Part shown: positions 1-8,338 of the stretch, piece by piece | Position numbering within the stretch: position 1 is the stretch's first letter | Layout: each line of letters opens with the position of its first letter | Virus record (IMG/VR): IMGVR_UViG_3300009370_002257 | Location: 16,477 to 80,476 of that record | Strand: one strand, 5' to 3' | From: a virus | Lineage: Duplodnaviria > Caudoviricetes | Length of the DNA stretch: 64,000 nucleotides | Translations under genes and position numbers: made by a program | The notes under the pieces: generated by a model | The model's input: only the letters and a program-made list of their open reading frames with translations | Databases searched by the model: none | What the model was told of the DNA's origin: nothing

Positions 1-2
1 AT

Positions 3-521
3 GCTAGGAATCATAACCAAATGATGAGAACGCCCACCGACCCTTACGGGTGGGCGACAACTAAATCCACGGGAACACCTGCGAACGCTTACGATCCGGG
101 GTTTGCTTGGGCTGCTACTAGAGAATTCCTAACTAAGATTGGGCTGTTTCAATACGATATTGTTGGCGGCGGTGACGCTACTATCTTTTTTTCTTGTGTC
201 TCTGAAAATGTTATGTTCGCCAGCCCCACTCATGAGGAGCGAATACATAACCATCACCCCTCCCACTACGAACTGATTAACGAGTACAACGTGAAGGCCT
301 TTTCTTTTGTGAAGGGACACGTGGGGTATATATCTGGGGTTATAACTCATATATGGCATGGCGATGGGAAGGGGCCTCTTTATAAATCTAGGCACCAGAT
401 TACTAGGTCTGTTAATTTCCATGAAGATCTAGAAAAAAACGACGAGGGCTTGTTAGTCTGGAAAAATAGGGAGCATGAGCAAAAATTTAAAGATTTAATT
501 ATTAAACAAGATTCAGTATAA
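3..521 (+). CDS. Glycosyltransferase-like protein (GT-A C-terminal region), 5'-truncated by the window edge
   Basis: Frame is open from the window edge upstream of ATG 21. Motifs GFAWAATREF, IVGGGD and HIWHG..R resemble C-termini of viral GT2-like proteins. Confidence 0.5.
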   Translation, partial: ARNHNQMMRTPTDPYGWATTKSTGTPANAYDPGFAWAATREFLTKIGLFQYDIVGGGDATIFFSCVSENVMFASPTHEERIHNHHPSHYELINEYNVKAFSFVKGHVGYISGVITHIWHGDGKGPLYKSRHQITRSVNFHEDLEKNDEGLLVWKNREHEQKFKDLIIKQDSV

Positions 522-527
522 TAAATA

Positions 528-866
528 ATGCCATTAATATTATCTTCAGATTTAGTAGGCGACCCACCAAGTCAGAATCTAGCAATTAGGTATGTGACTC
601 TCGAGGCTAAGACTGGATTGCTAATGGGGGTCGTTCTGGAAGTAGAGCAGGACTATAAAGATATATATTTTAAGTATACCAGAAGGGTTGGCTTGATGGA
701 TTTCATTGACGAATACGTTACCCCTGAGGAGAAAGTGGATGGAATAAGGATAGATTCTAAGCTGGAATACCCTAGGACAATTCAAGTTTCTTCAATAAAT
801 TTCGAAAATACTTTAAATATACTAGGCCAGTTGAAAAACTTAACAAAAATTAACGAGATATTGTAG
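528..866 (+). CDS. Hypothetical protein
   Basis: 112-aa ORF, in tandem with neighbours; no motif recognised. Confidence 0.6.
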   Translation: MPLILSSDLVGDPPSQNLAIRYVTLEAKTGLLMGVVLEVEQDYKDIYFKYTRRVGLMDFIDEYVTPEEKVDGIRIDSKLEYPRTIQVSSINFENTLNILGQLKNLTKINEIL

Positions 867-902
867 ATTTTATCTATACAAAACGTCTATAATAGTCGAG
901 GC

Positions 903-1430
903 ATGAAGAAGTTTTCAGACAAACTGCGCCACCCTATGTGGCTCGCGGCCATAATGCTATTTACTATTTATCTTTTTATAGGTAAAGATTATCGCTTTAC
1001 GTATAACCATGGGGAAAGCATGAGGCCTACTTATCAGGACGGGGAGTGGCTGGTGGTCCAGCATAAATCAACCCTGCCAGACGACTGGGGCCCCGACAGG
1101 TATGATAATGTAATCGTAGATACCGATGGAGAAAGGCTAAGCAAGAGGGTGATAGCTTTGGAGGGGGAGCACGTAAAGATACTTCACGGGAAAATATTTA
1201 TAAACGGTAAAGAAAGGAAAGACCCCTATGGAAAGGGGAGTGTTATATACTGGCTAGAGCCAGAAGAAGAAAGAGCCAAGAAGCCCGAGGAGGAATGGTT
1301 ATTTTTAAATACGGATGAAGATATCGGACTAGTAGGTAAAGGAGAAGTTTTTGTTATGGGGGATAACCGAAAACTCTCTTGGTACGGAAAGGTAAAGGTT
1401 AAGGACATTAAGGGGTTAGTTATTTTCTAG
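903..1430 (+). CDS. lepB: Signal peptidase I (S26 family)
   Basis: N-terminal TM segment, GESMRPT (catalytic Ser), SKRVIALEGE (catalytic Lys), VFVMGDNR box. Confidence 0.9.
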   Translation: MKKFSDKLRHPMWLAAIMLFTIYLFIGKDYRFTYNHGESMRPTYQDGEWLVVQHKSTLPDDWGPDRYDNVIVDTDGERLSKRVIALEGEHVKILHGKIFINGKERKDPYGKGSVIYWLEPEEERAKKPEEEWLFLNTDEDIGLVGKGEVFVMGDNRKLSWYGKVKVKDIKGLVIF

Positions 1431-1753
1431 AGCCCTTTTTTTCTTTTGTGAAATAAATTATATTTATCTTCCATGCTCTTTAGCTTTTGCTGCATGGCAT
1501 CTACTTTTGCTTGGTTATAATCTATCTGATGCTGAGCCTTGTTCATGACCGCTTCCTGCTTAGCTTTCAGGTCGGCCTGCTTAGCAATAGCTTCTAGCAC
1601 TTGACCTCTGAAGTCTTCTACCTCTTGTAGTTCTCGCTCTAATGTTTGCTCTTTGCCGGGATTTCTTACGGCTGAGGGTTTTACGGAGACTTTAGCCTTC
1701 GACACCTTATTTAGTTCATCATTAGGTTTATGTTTATTTTTAAAAAAATTCAT
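1427..1753 (-). CDS. Hypothetical coiled-coil protein
   Basis: 108 aa, heptad-like K/E/Q/A-rich sequence. Confidence 0.65.
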   Translation of the reverse strand: MNFFKNKHKPNDELNKVSKAKVSVKPSAVRNPGKEQTLERELQEVEDFRGQVLEAIAKQADLKAKQEAVMNKAQHQIDYNQAKVDAMQQKLKSMEDKYNLFHKRKKGL

Positions 1754-1871
1754 AGCTCTCTTTCTTAGTTAAAAACTTTAAAGGTGGCGGTCCAATACTT
1801 TCCGAGTAGTAGCCCTTATTGCGTTGAATAGGGACTTGATTTTTACTGTTTTCCTCTTAAGTCTTCTCTGG

Positions 1872-1880
1872 CTATTACAC
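1872..1880 (-). promoter_or_regulatory. GTGTAA-type putative phage promoter motif (GTGTAATAG)
   Basis: Same core as the motifs at 15169-15200, 15518, 53591 and 54480; lies just downstream of a hairpin and upstream of ORF 1753. Confidence 0.35.
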
Positions 1881-1904
1881 CCTTTTTTAAAAGCGGGAAG
1901 GTAA

Positions 1905-1960
1905 AAAGCGTGGCAGAGGGTCAAGGGCACACCCTGCCCGTGATGACCGTACCACGCTTT
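1905..1960 (-). terminator. Long imperfect hairpin after the protease gene (terminator or RNA element)
   Basis: AAAGCGTGG/CCACGCTTT outer stem with inner GGTCA/TGACC and GGGCA/TGCCC stems; followed by T-rich sequence on the minus strand. Confidence 0.55.
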
Positions 1961-1976
1961 CACTCCACCCCTGTAA

Positions 1977-2903
1977 TCATTTTAGGATTAAAATCTTATG
2001 TCGAGGGGTGACCCTGAGCATGAATGGGAACATTTTCTTTGCATCCACCTCGTCCTCTGTGTCTTCTTTACCTTTTTCCTCTTGCGGTTCGTGCTCTATT
2101 GGTAATTTTTTAAGCTCTTCATCTGTGGGCATAGCGACGTCCTTATCTAGTGCCCACATGATTTTATGTTTCTCGCAGTACTCTTTCATTCTCCGGACGG
2201 GAACGATAAGGTTGAACCCTTCCCCCGCCCCTCTTACGAGCATGCCTACATATCTGGCGTCGGATTTTAAGTACACCCCACCACCGCTGGAACCCGGGAA
2301 TGCTGTGCAGGTAGTTTGATCAAATACATGCTTGTTGAGACTCTTGATTAGTCTCCCGTGCTGAGAATAGATCCCGTCCGTCATGCTGTTGGCACCCATC
2401 TGCCCTAGGAGGCTTCCGACATGCAAAAGGTCTTCCCCTAGGGGCGGAATCTTTTCGTCTAGATAAAAAGTCACCGTATCTTTGACGAAATTAAATTTAC
2501 GAACCCGAAGTAACGCGAGATCGTGCCCGTCTTTTGCGTCACTATATTTTAAAACTTCCGCATCCATTTGTAGCCTACCGACAGTTCTACCTGCTTGCCT
2601 GATCTCTTTAACGACCATTGGGTCTTTGAATTCTACTAGAGTCTTTGACTTACCGGCTACTACTATGTTTCTGGTTGAGCGAAGGTTGTCGATTACGTGG
2701 CCCGCGGTCCATACCAAGTTCACTGAGTTTCCTTCTTTATCTTTTCGTGTAAAAATTACCCCAGATCCTTCTCCGTTAGAAAACGGTCCTTCTGATCTAA
2801 TGGTGACGGAAACATTCTGCAAGTGATCTGCCGTGGATGTTTTCTTTTCCGCCGCAGCAACCGAAAAAGCAAGAGCAAGGGTGAATACTAGTAGTTTTTT
2901 CAT
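1977..2903 (-). CDS. Secreted trypsin-like serine protease (S1)
   Basis: Signal peptide MKKLLVFTLALAFSVAAA; GSGV, TAGHV (His), DLALL (Asp), PGSSGGG (Ser). Confidence 0.88.
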   Translation of the reverse strand: MKKLLVFTLALAFSVAAAEKKTSTADHLQNVSVTIRSEGPFSNGEGSGVIFTRKDKEGNSVNLVWTAGHVIDNLRSTRNIVVAGKSKTLVEFKDPMVVKEIRQAGRTVGRLQMDAEVLKYSDAKDGHDLALLRVRKFNFVKDTVTFYLDEKIPPLGEDLLHVGSLLGQMGANSMTDGIYSQHGRLIKSLNKHVFDQTTCTAFPGSSGGGVYLKSDARYVGMLVRGAGEGFNLIVPVRRMKEYCEKHKIMWALDKDVAMPTDEELKKLPIEHEPQEEKGKEDTEDEVDAKKMFPFMLRVTPRHKILILK

Positions 2904-2909
2904 ATAATA

Positions 2910-2938
2910 ATCTTATTAATTTTTTATCGTTCTGTCAA
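2910..2938 (-). promoter_or_regulatory. sigma70-type promoter, probably leaderless
   Basis: TTGACA-17 nt-TAAGAT, 6 nt before ATG 2903. Confidence 0.65.
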
Positions 2939-3892
2939 ATAATTGTAATTGTTTTCTATGTCATTTATGGTAAGATCTAGTCCGTCGCTTAAGCTCGTTG
3001 AGTACTTCCACCCAAATCTTTTCAACCTAGATACGTCTAGGAGTTTTCTGAGCGTGCCGTCTGGTTTATTTAATTCAAAGGATATTCGGCCTTTGTAGTT
3101 CAGTTTGCTCGCTATTTTATAAGCTAAGTCTTTAATGGAAATATCTTCCCCCGTGCCTATGTTTAACTGGGAAACGCCTTCGTCGTGAATATCTTTCGCA
3201 TTAATATTATTTAAGATGAAGAGGCACGCACTGGCAAGGTCTTCTACGTACATAAACTCTCTCTTGGCCTTACCTGTGCCCCACACCTTAACTTCTGGAT
3301 CACCACTCTTAACTGCGTCAAAGAATCTTTTGAGAAGCGACGCCATCACGTGGGAATTTTCTGGGTGATAGTTATCGTGGGGGCCGTATTGATTTGTCGG
3401 CATCACCGATATAAAGTTGCAACCGTATTGCTTGTAGTAGCTCTCACACATTTTGACGCCAGCTATCTTGGCTAGGGCGTAGGGCTCGTTTGTCTGCTCT
3501 AACGGGGAAGCAAGGAGGTACTCTTCTTTTATGGGTTGATTGCAAAACTTAGGGTAAATACAGCTGCTTCCTAAGAAGATGAGTTTCTTAACACCGTACT
3601 CGTAGCAGGAATGAATTATATTATTTTGTATTTGTAAGTTTTGATATATAAAATCCGCCCTATACTCATTGTTCGCGTGGATACCCCCAACCTTGGCTGC
3701 GCAATCAATTACCACATCGGGCTTCTTGTAGAAAATAAAATCCCTAACCCCGTGTTGATCTACTAAGTCTAGTTCTGACCTGTCGGCAGTTAGTATGTCT
3801 TTGTATCCTGATTTTTTTAAAAGTTTTAATATAGCAGCGCCGACCATGCCTTTGTGGCCTGCCACGAAAACTTTTTGACTCAGCTGGGGCAT
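2924..3892 (-). CDS. fcl: GDP-L-fucose synthase (GDP-4-keto-6-deoxymannose epimerase/reductase)
   Basis: GHKGMVG, DCAAKVGGI, FLGSSCIYPK, YALAK, WGTG...REF, KPDG motifs. Confidence 0.93.
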   Translation of the reverse strand: MPQLSQKVFVAGHKGMVGAAILKLLKKSGYKDILTADRSELDLVDQHGVRDFIFYKKPDVVIDCAAKVGGIHANNEYRADFIYQNLQIQNNIIHSCYEYGVKKLIFLGSSCIYPKFCNQPIKEEYLLASPLEQTNEPYALAKIAGVKMCESYYKQYGCNFISVMPTNQYGPHDNYHPENSHVMASLLKRFFDAVKSGDPEVKVWGTGKAKREFMYVEDLASACLFILNNINAKDIHDEGVSQLNIGTGEDISIKDLAYKIASKLNYKGRISFELNKPDGTLRKLLDVSRLKRFGWKYSTSLSDGLDLTINDIENNYNYLTER

Positions 3893-3898
3893 CTCATG

Positions 3899-4708
3899 TT
3901 AGTCTAAGGGGCCTCTCAGGAAGAAGCTGGGCGGGCGGCCATCATACTTATGAGTGGAATTGCGCCCGTTCTTTGCGACGTAATGAAGGAAAATTTGAGC
4001 AAGGTTCCTGACGTTCTTCACTTCATCCCTCCAGTGGATTAACTCACACCCCTTGTAAAGAGCGGCGTCTCCGGGTTTGGAGAGCACCATCTTTGTGGGG
4101 GTGTTTTTCATTCTGTCTCTTTGGATCTCTTCGTTTGTTAGCTCTCCCGCTGGGAGCTCTTCCTCAGGCTTTTTATCTTCGCAGAAAAATAAAGACTGTG
4201 GCTCACCCTCAAACCCCAAGGTACAGGTAAAGCTTACTTCGCAGGACGGTCGATCTTTGTGGGCATCCAGAATAGCTCCGGGATTATACATTCTAGCGTA
4301 AGTATAAGTCGGATACAACTCATAGCCGACTAACTCTTCCGCTTTCTTCTGGTGCTCAACCAGTATTGCGTCTAAAAATGTTTCCCCTGCCCAAGCAGGT
4401 TGGTCTGGGCTTTGCTGGTCCGTAATAAATTCATTCCTCTCCACTTTCATTAGCAACTGCTTGTATAAAAAATTCGATAGCTCAGGAGAAACGAACTCCT
4501 TGACGGGAAGGTATCCGTTTTTAGCAAAAAATTCTGGCTTATTCTCTATGACGAGGGTTTTCGGCTTCGGCTCCTCAGCCTTAAGGGGTTTGCTAGCCTT
4601 CCTATTAACCTTGACTTTGGCGGTTTTTTTTGTAGCCTTTGCTTTTCTAGTAGCGACCTTCTTTTTGGCGGCCTTCTTCCTCGGGGGTGTCTTAGATGTA
4701 GAATTCAT
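3899..4708 (-). CDS. 2OG-Fe(II) oxygenase with a Lys/Ala-rich N-terminal extension
   Basis: YARMY, HKDRPSCE (HxD), HWR and QIFLHY motifs of phage prolyl-hydroxylase-like oxygenases; first ~50 aa are K/A/R-rich. Confidence 0.8.
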   Translation of the reverse strand: MNSTSKTPPRKKAAKKKVATRKAKATKKTAKVKVNRKASKPLKAEEPKPKTLVIENKPEFFAKNGYLPVKEFVSPELSNFLYKQLLMKVERNEFITDQQSPDQPAWAGETFLDAILVEHQKKAEELVGYELYPTYTYARMYNPGAILDAHKDRPSCEVSFTCTLGFEGEPQSLFFCEDKKPEEELPAGELTNEEIQRDRMKNTPTKMVLSKPGDAALYKGCELIHWRDEVKNVRNLAQIFLHYVAKNGRNSTHKYDGRPPSFFLRGPLD

Positions 4709-4728
4709 GAGTTCTTATAGAGACTCAA

Positions 4729-5043
4729 TCAAAAGCTTAAAAATTCTAAATTATCGCTTTTTAAAATTATTTTTTCAGCTTGGTAGAAATCCTTTATTTC
4801 CCGCTTATTCTCAGGGGATAGGTATATTGCCATAGATTTGTACCCAGATTCAAGCGAATCCTCCCTTGCCTTTCTGGTGCACCCGCAACCCTGCCCCAAT
4901 GTCGCTGCTATATTTGCCCAATTAGTAAGCTGGGGGTTGTAGGAAAACTTACTTTCTCCGGACATGTTGACAAATAGCTTATAAAACTCAGCCCAGTTAC
5001 TCAATGTAATGACTGAAGTGTTTTCCCTTAATGGTTCACTCAT
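4729..5043 (-). CDS. Hypothetical protein (CGC motif)
   Basis: 104-aa ORF overlapping the upstream gene by 4 nt. Confidence 0.65.
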   Translation of the reverse strand: MSEPLRENTSVITLSNWAEFYKLFVNMSGESKFSYNPQLTNWANIAATLGQGCGCTRKAREDSLESGYKSMAIYLSPENKREIKDFYQAEKIILKSDNLEFLSF

Positions 5044-5411
5044 GCGCTTAACCCTTCAATGTATTCAAATAGCCTGAAAGCAACTAAGGATAATAAATAA
5101 ACCACCGGTAGATTCATAAACCCAACCCCCACACAGCACCCCAAAGAAAGCCAGAAAGAAACACAGGTCGGACAAGAGAGCAGCCTACTCAAGAAACAGT
5201 TCTTTTGGCAGAGCAAGAAGTTAGGATAGTTAGTAGAAAGGAGGGGGTCCTGCGCCCTGAATTCGTTAACATAAAAAAGCTTCCTGCAACCGAGAAGCTC
5301 TAGGTATTCAATAAATGCGTCACTCTTAAACCATATTATTAAGATTGTAACAATTAATGCAACGCAGAACAGTAAAACCTCGAAGCTTGCAAACATATAA
5401 CATATTATCAT
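5040..5411 (-). CDS. Small membrane protein, DUF1360-like
   Basis: Hydrophobic segments flanking LLSCPTCVSFWLS (CPxCxSxW). Confidence 0.6.
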   Translation of the reverse strand: MIICYMFASFEVLLFCVALIVTILIIWFKSDAFIEYLELLGCRKLFYVNEFRAQDPLLSTNYPNFLLCQKNCFLSRLLSCPTCVSFWLSLGCCVGVGFMNLPVVYLLSLVAFRLFEYIEGLSA

Positions 5412-5460
5412 GTATAATTTAAAATTCTAGTAAATTTTCACATGGGATACTGCTTTTCGG

Positions 5461-5494
5461 AAATTAAAACACAAAACCCCCAAGTAGGGGGCTT
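5461..5494 (-). terminator. Intrinsic terminator closing the ncRNA unit
   Basis: Minus strand AAGCCCCC-TACTT-GGGGGTT followed by TTGTGTTTT. Confidence 0.85.
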
Positions 5495-5829
5495 CATGAA
5501 TTAACATGGTCTCTGCTTTTTCGGCCCAGTGTTTTACTTGATGGGACATTCAATGACCACGAATACGATCAGACAAAATCTGAAGCTACCTACCTTTGAA
5601 CAGGTGGAGAAACTGTGCTTTAAAACTCCTTACAGTAGCCAACCACAACACGCCGGGGCATTTGCGATAGCATTTAACTATCAGTTTTTTTTCGAGAGGC
5701 ATTCACTCTCGCACGGACTCCTTTAGCTGTGAGTTTCCGCTCAGTCTTTCAGACTACTCTGACCCATAAGGTCTCACTAAAGGCAAACTCCACTGATTGC
5801 TCTCAGCGAGCTTAAACGGATTACCGTTT
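5475..5829 (-). ncRNA. Putative ~350-nt structured non-coding RNA of unassigned family
   Basis: Bounded by its own promoter and terminator, with no credible ORF. At least 10 complementary helices are visible by eye, including nested multi-way junctions (5720-5726/5777-5783; 5584-5589/5635-5640; 5506-5511/5555-5560). Confidence 0.72.
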
Positions 5830-5834
5830 TCATA

Positions 5835-5863
5835 GTTATAACCACATCTTTCGATATAGTCAA
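5835..5863 (-). promoter_or_regulatory. sigma70-type promoter of the ncRNA
   Basis: TTGACT (5863-5858), 17 nt, TATAAC (5840-5835). Confidence 0.8.
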
Positions 5864-5871
5864 ATTAAAAA

Positions 5872-6360
5872 TTATTTACCAGTGCTCCCGAACCCACCAG
5901 AGCCCCTTTCGGAGTCAGATAAACGGGCAGAAGGTTTCCAATCTACATCGTAGCATCTTTCTATGATAAGCTGAGCGATCCTGTCTCCCGAAGAAACCCT
6001 AAAGTCTAAAGGAGAACCAAATAGGGAACTATAGGCAGACATAGATGAATCAGGACGATGGATTAACCCTTCTGGTAGATTCAAATTAACAAGCACCACT
6101 CTCAAGCAGTCCCTATAACCAGAATCAACTACGCCAGCAAGAACATCTATCCCATTTCTTACCGCCAACCCGCTGCGGGGGGCGATCCTACCATAATAAC
6201 CCTCAGGTATCTCGACAGAGATGCCCACGGAAACGAGCTTCCTTTCCATAGGTTTAATTACGCAAGACTCCGTCGAGAAAAGATCGTAGCCAGCGTCAGA
6301 CTCTTTAGCTCTAAGAGGCTGCTTTGCGGCAGTTTCTAATTTTTTAAATTTAATCTCCAT
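5872..6360 (-). CDS. dut: Trimeric dUTPase
   Basis: Motifs I-V: AGYDL, PRSG, GVVDSGYR, GDRIAQL, RGSGGFGSTG. Confidence 0.95.
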   Translation of the reverse strand: MEIKFKKLETAAKQPLRAKESDAGYDLFSTESCVIKPMERKLVSVGISVEIPEGYYGRIAPRSGLAVRNGIDVLAGVVDSGYRDCLRVVLVNLNLPEGLIHRPDSSMSAYSSLFGSPLDFRVSSGDRIAQLIIERCYDVDWKPSARLSDSERGSGGFGSTGK

Positions 6361-6754
6361 AATGATGAAGGTCTAAACCAAATTCCTTAGCGATGGATAA
6401 CGAGGAGTCGTCTCTATCATAAAATTTTTTAAAAATAATTTTCTCAACCCCATACGCTGCCGCCAGCTTCAAGCAGTCGTTGCATGGGAGCAGATTGCAG
6501 GCAAGTAAATAACATTCACCCGGGCGGGCATACCTAAGAGCGTTAACTTCAGCGTGAATAACCCTTGCCCGCCTCTGGTCACGATTGGACCAATCTATAT
6601 TTACATCTTTAGGCGCACCGTTATAACCTAATCCAGCCACGCTATGGTCGTGGCGAAGCACACACGAGCCCACTTGCTCGTAGGGGTCTTCGCTCCTACG
6701 CGAGGCAATAATGGCAAGCTCTAAGGCGTATTCTTCCCAAGATAATCTTTTCAT
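6350..6754 (-). CDS. dCMP deaminase
   Basis: GYNG, HAEVNAL and PCNDC zinc-deaminase motifs. Confidence 0.9.
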   Translation of the reverse strand: MKRLSWEEYALELAIIASRRSEDPYEQVGSCVLRHDHSVAGLGYNGAPKDVNIDWSNRDQRRARVIHAEVNALRYARPGECYLLACNLLPCNDCLKLAAAYGVEKIIFKKFYDRDDSSLSIAKEFGLDLHHYGD

Positions 6755-6791
6755 TTTCTTTGAAATAGTAGTGTTTTTTTTTAAAATAGTT

Positions 6792-7232
6792 ATGACAATT
6801 TTAACTGCTTCCGCAAAACTCTATGAGTGGTTCACAGAAAACGATAGCTTCTGCCTTGAATATGACTTTAACAAGCTTTTCCAAGAAGATCAAGACAAAG
6901 ATAGGGAAAGCGCGTGCGTTATAAACGCCTTAGAGCAGTTTAACGAAATGCAATTTACTTCTTCTGCGGAAGTGGGCGGCAGAAAGGTATGGACCCTAAG
7001 GAGGCCCCTGAATTCGCTCCCCCAAACCGTTGAGCTTGGCCCGGACGCATGCCTTCAAATCTCTCACGTGATTAATGGGTTCTCCGAATACATAGGGGAT
7101 GATTCCAGTATGTGTGATCCAGCAAACATCTCAGAGGTTAATGTCTTGACATTAGTGACAATTTGCGCTACTCTAATAAAAGACAAGACGGAAGAAGATG
7201 CAAACGACACAGGACTGCTCGACGGAATATAA
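6792..7232 (+). CDS. Hypothetical protein
   Basis: Start moved to ATG 6792 because the longer ORF overlaps the divergent gene; TTGAAA-16-TAAAAT lies just upstream. Confidence 0.6.
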   Translation: MTILTASAKLYEWFTENDSFCLEYDFNKLFQEDQDKDRESACVINALEQFNEMQFTSSAEVGGRKVWTLRRPLNSLPQTVELGPDACLQISHVINGFSEYIGDDSSMCDPANISEVNVLTLVTICATLIKDKTEEDANDTGLLDGI

Positions 7233-7893
7233 CCCCCCCCTATTTATTGGAATTTCTGGGGTTGCTGGCGCAGGTAAAGATTTATTTTTTACGACACTAC
7301 AAAAGAAGCTAGCAGAAAAAAACATCAACACCCAAAGAATGGCAATCGCAGACGGCCTGAAAGAAGAGGTTAGCTCCTTTACCAGAACAGCCTACGCAAT
7401 AGACGCCACAGACTGCACGAGAAAAGAGAAAGAGCAACTTAGGCCCTTTTTAGTTTTTCATGGAACAATGAGAAGGAGGAGCTCTCTCGGAAGATACTGG
7501 ATAGATTTATTTACTTCGAGGCTTAGGGTTTTTTTAAATGATCTTAAATTAGAATATAAGCCAAAACCAGATATTATTTGTATAACAGATATTAGGTTTG
7601 ACGACTTCGAGAAAGACGAAGTGTATTGGCTAAAGAAAGAGTTAGAAGGCGTACTGATTCATATTTCTCAATACAAAACGATAGACAAGGAAAGAGTTTT
7701 TAGAGAGCCAGCGAACCCTGAAGAGGCTCGCAACGATCCGAAAATAAAATCCCAAGCAGACTATCGTGTAGAGTGGGAGTATAGATCGGGAACACAGGAA
7801 GATTTAGATTCCTACGTGCGACATAATGTGCAACAATTTTTAGATTGGTACACCGAACATGTCGCTGGAAGAAAGCAACTGGAAGAACATTAA
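7198..7893 (+). CDS. Deoxynucleoside monophosphate kinase
   Basis: IGISGVAGAGKD P-loop, ADGLKE and ITDIRF motifs of phage dNMP kinases. Confidence 0.8.
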   Translation: MQTTQDCSTEYNPPLFIGISGVAGAGKDLFFTTLQKKLAEKNINTQRMAIADGLKEEVSSFTRTAYAIDATDCTRKEKEQLRPFLVFHGTMRRRSSLGRYWIDLFTSRLRVFLNDLKLEYKPKPDIICITDIRFDDFEKDEVYWLKKELEGVLIHISQYKTIDKERVFREPANPEEARNDPKIKSQADYRVEWEYRSGTQEDLDSYVRHNVQQFLDWYTEHVAGRKQLEEH

Positions 7894-8338
7894 AGGCATT
7901 ATGGCGGACCTTAGCGGTCCAGCCAAAATCCCTCAGGTCATCCCAATTTATGCCCACGTAAGCGTGGATTTCGTAAAACTAAACCGAAAATACATAGAGG
8001 CTCAGGAGCTAATAGACTCGACAGACGCCTTTAAAGGAGCGGTTGAAGACCTTCGCTTTAATTATTTAATTTATGTTTTTAAGGATATAAGTGCTAACCC
8101 CAAGAATTTAATAACCATTGAGTACGTCATAAGCGAAAAGGGAAATGAGGAAAACCCCTTTATAGAGACGTACAACGTACCTCCGGAAAAACGAAAATTA
8201 ATATCTAAGTACGCAAGTACCCCACTCAGGGTTTTCGAAACCGAAGGTAAGCACCAAAACATACTTCTCTTTAAAGAGCAATGCCCCATGACTCTGGATA
8301 GCTTTAAGGAGTTGATAAGAACATGGGCAAAGTCGTAA
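7859..8338 (+). CDS. Hypothetical protein
   Basis: ORF in operon; start uncertain (a later ATG is possible). Confidence 0.6.
   Translation: MSLEESNWKNIKGIMADLSGPAKIPQVIPIYAHVSVDFVKLNRKYIEAQELIDSTDAFKGAVEDLRFNYLIYVFKDISANPKNLITIEYVISEKGNEENPFIETYNVPPEKRKLISKYASTPLRVFETEGKHQNILLFKEQCPMTLDSFKELIRTWAKS

Noticed and set aside
1778-1963. 61-aa minus-strand ORF
   Set aside because: It runs through a hairpin/terminator and a promoter-like motif, uses a non-ATG start and has no motif support.
4461-4835. Hydrophobic membrane-like plus-strand ORF
   Set aside because: It is the antisense shadow of the Lys-rich codons of the oxygenase (AAA/AAG read as TTT/CTT).
5529-5726. 65-aa plus-strand ORF in the ncRNA region
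   Set aside because: It has a TTG start, no RBS or promoter, is antisense to a promoter/terminator-bounded unit, and has no recognisable motifs.
5475-5829. tmRNA, RNase P RNA, tRNA or group II intron identity for the RNA
   Set aside because: There are no GGGG.../TpsiC-CCA ends, no GAGGAAAGUCC or ACAxAAxxCGGCUUA, no cloverleaf and no domain V. An internal GTGCG alone is insufficient.
5748-5862. Group I intron R/S-like words on the plus strand (CAGACTAC, GATATAGTC)
   Set aside because: No interrupted host gene or P3/P4 core was found, and the second word is explained by the minus-strand -35 box.
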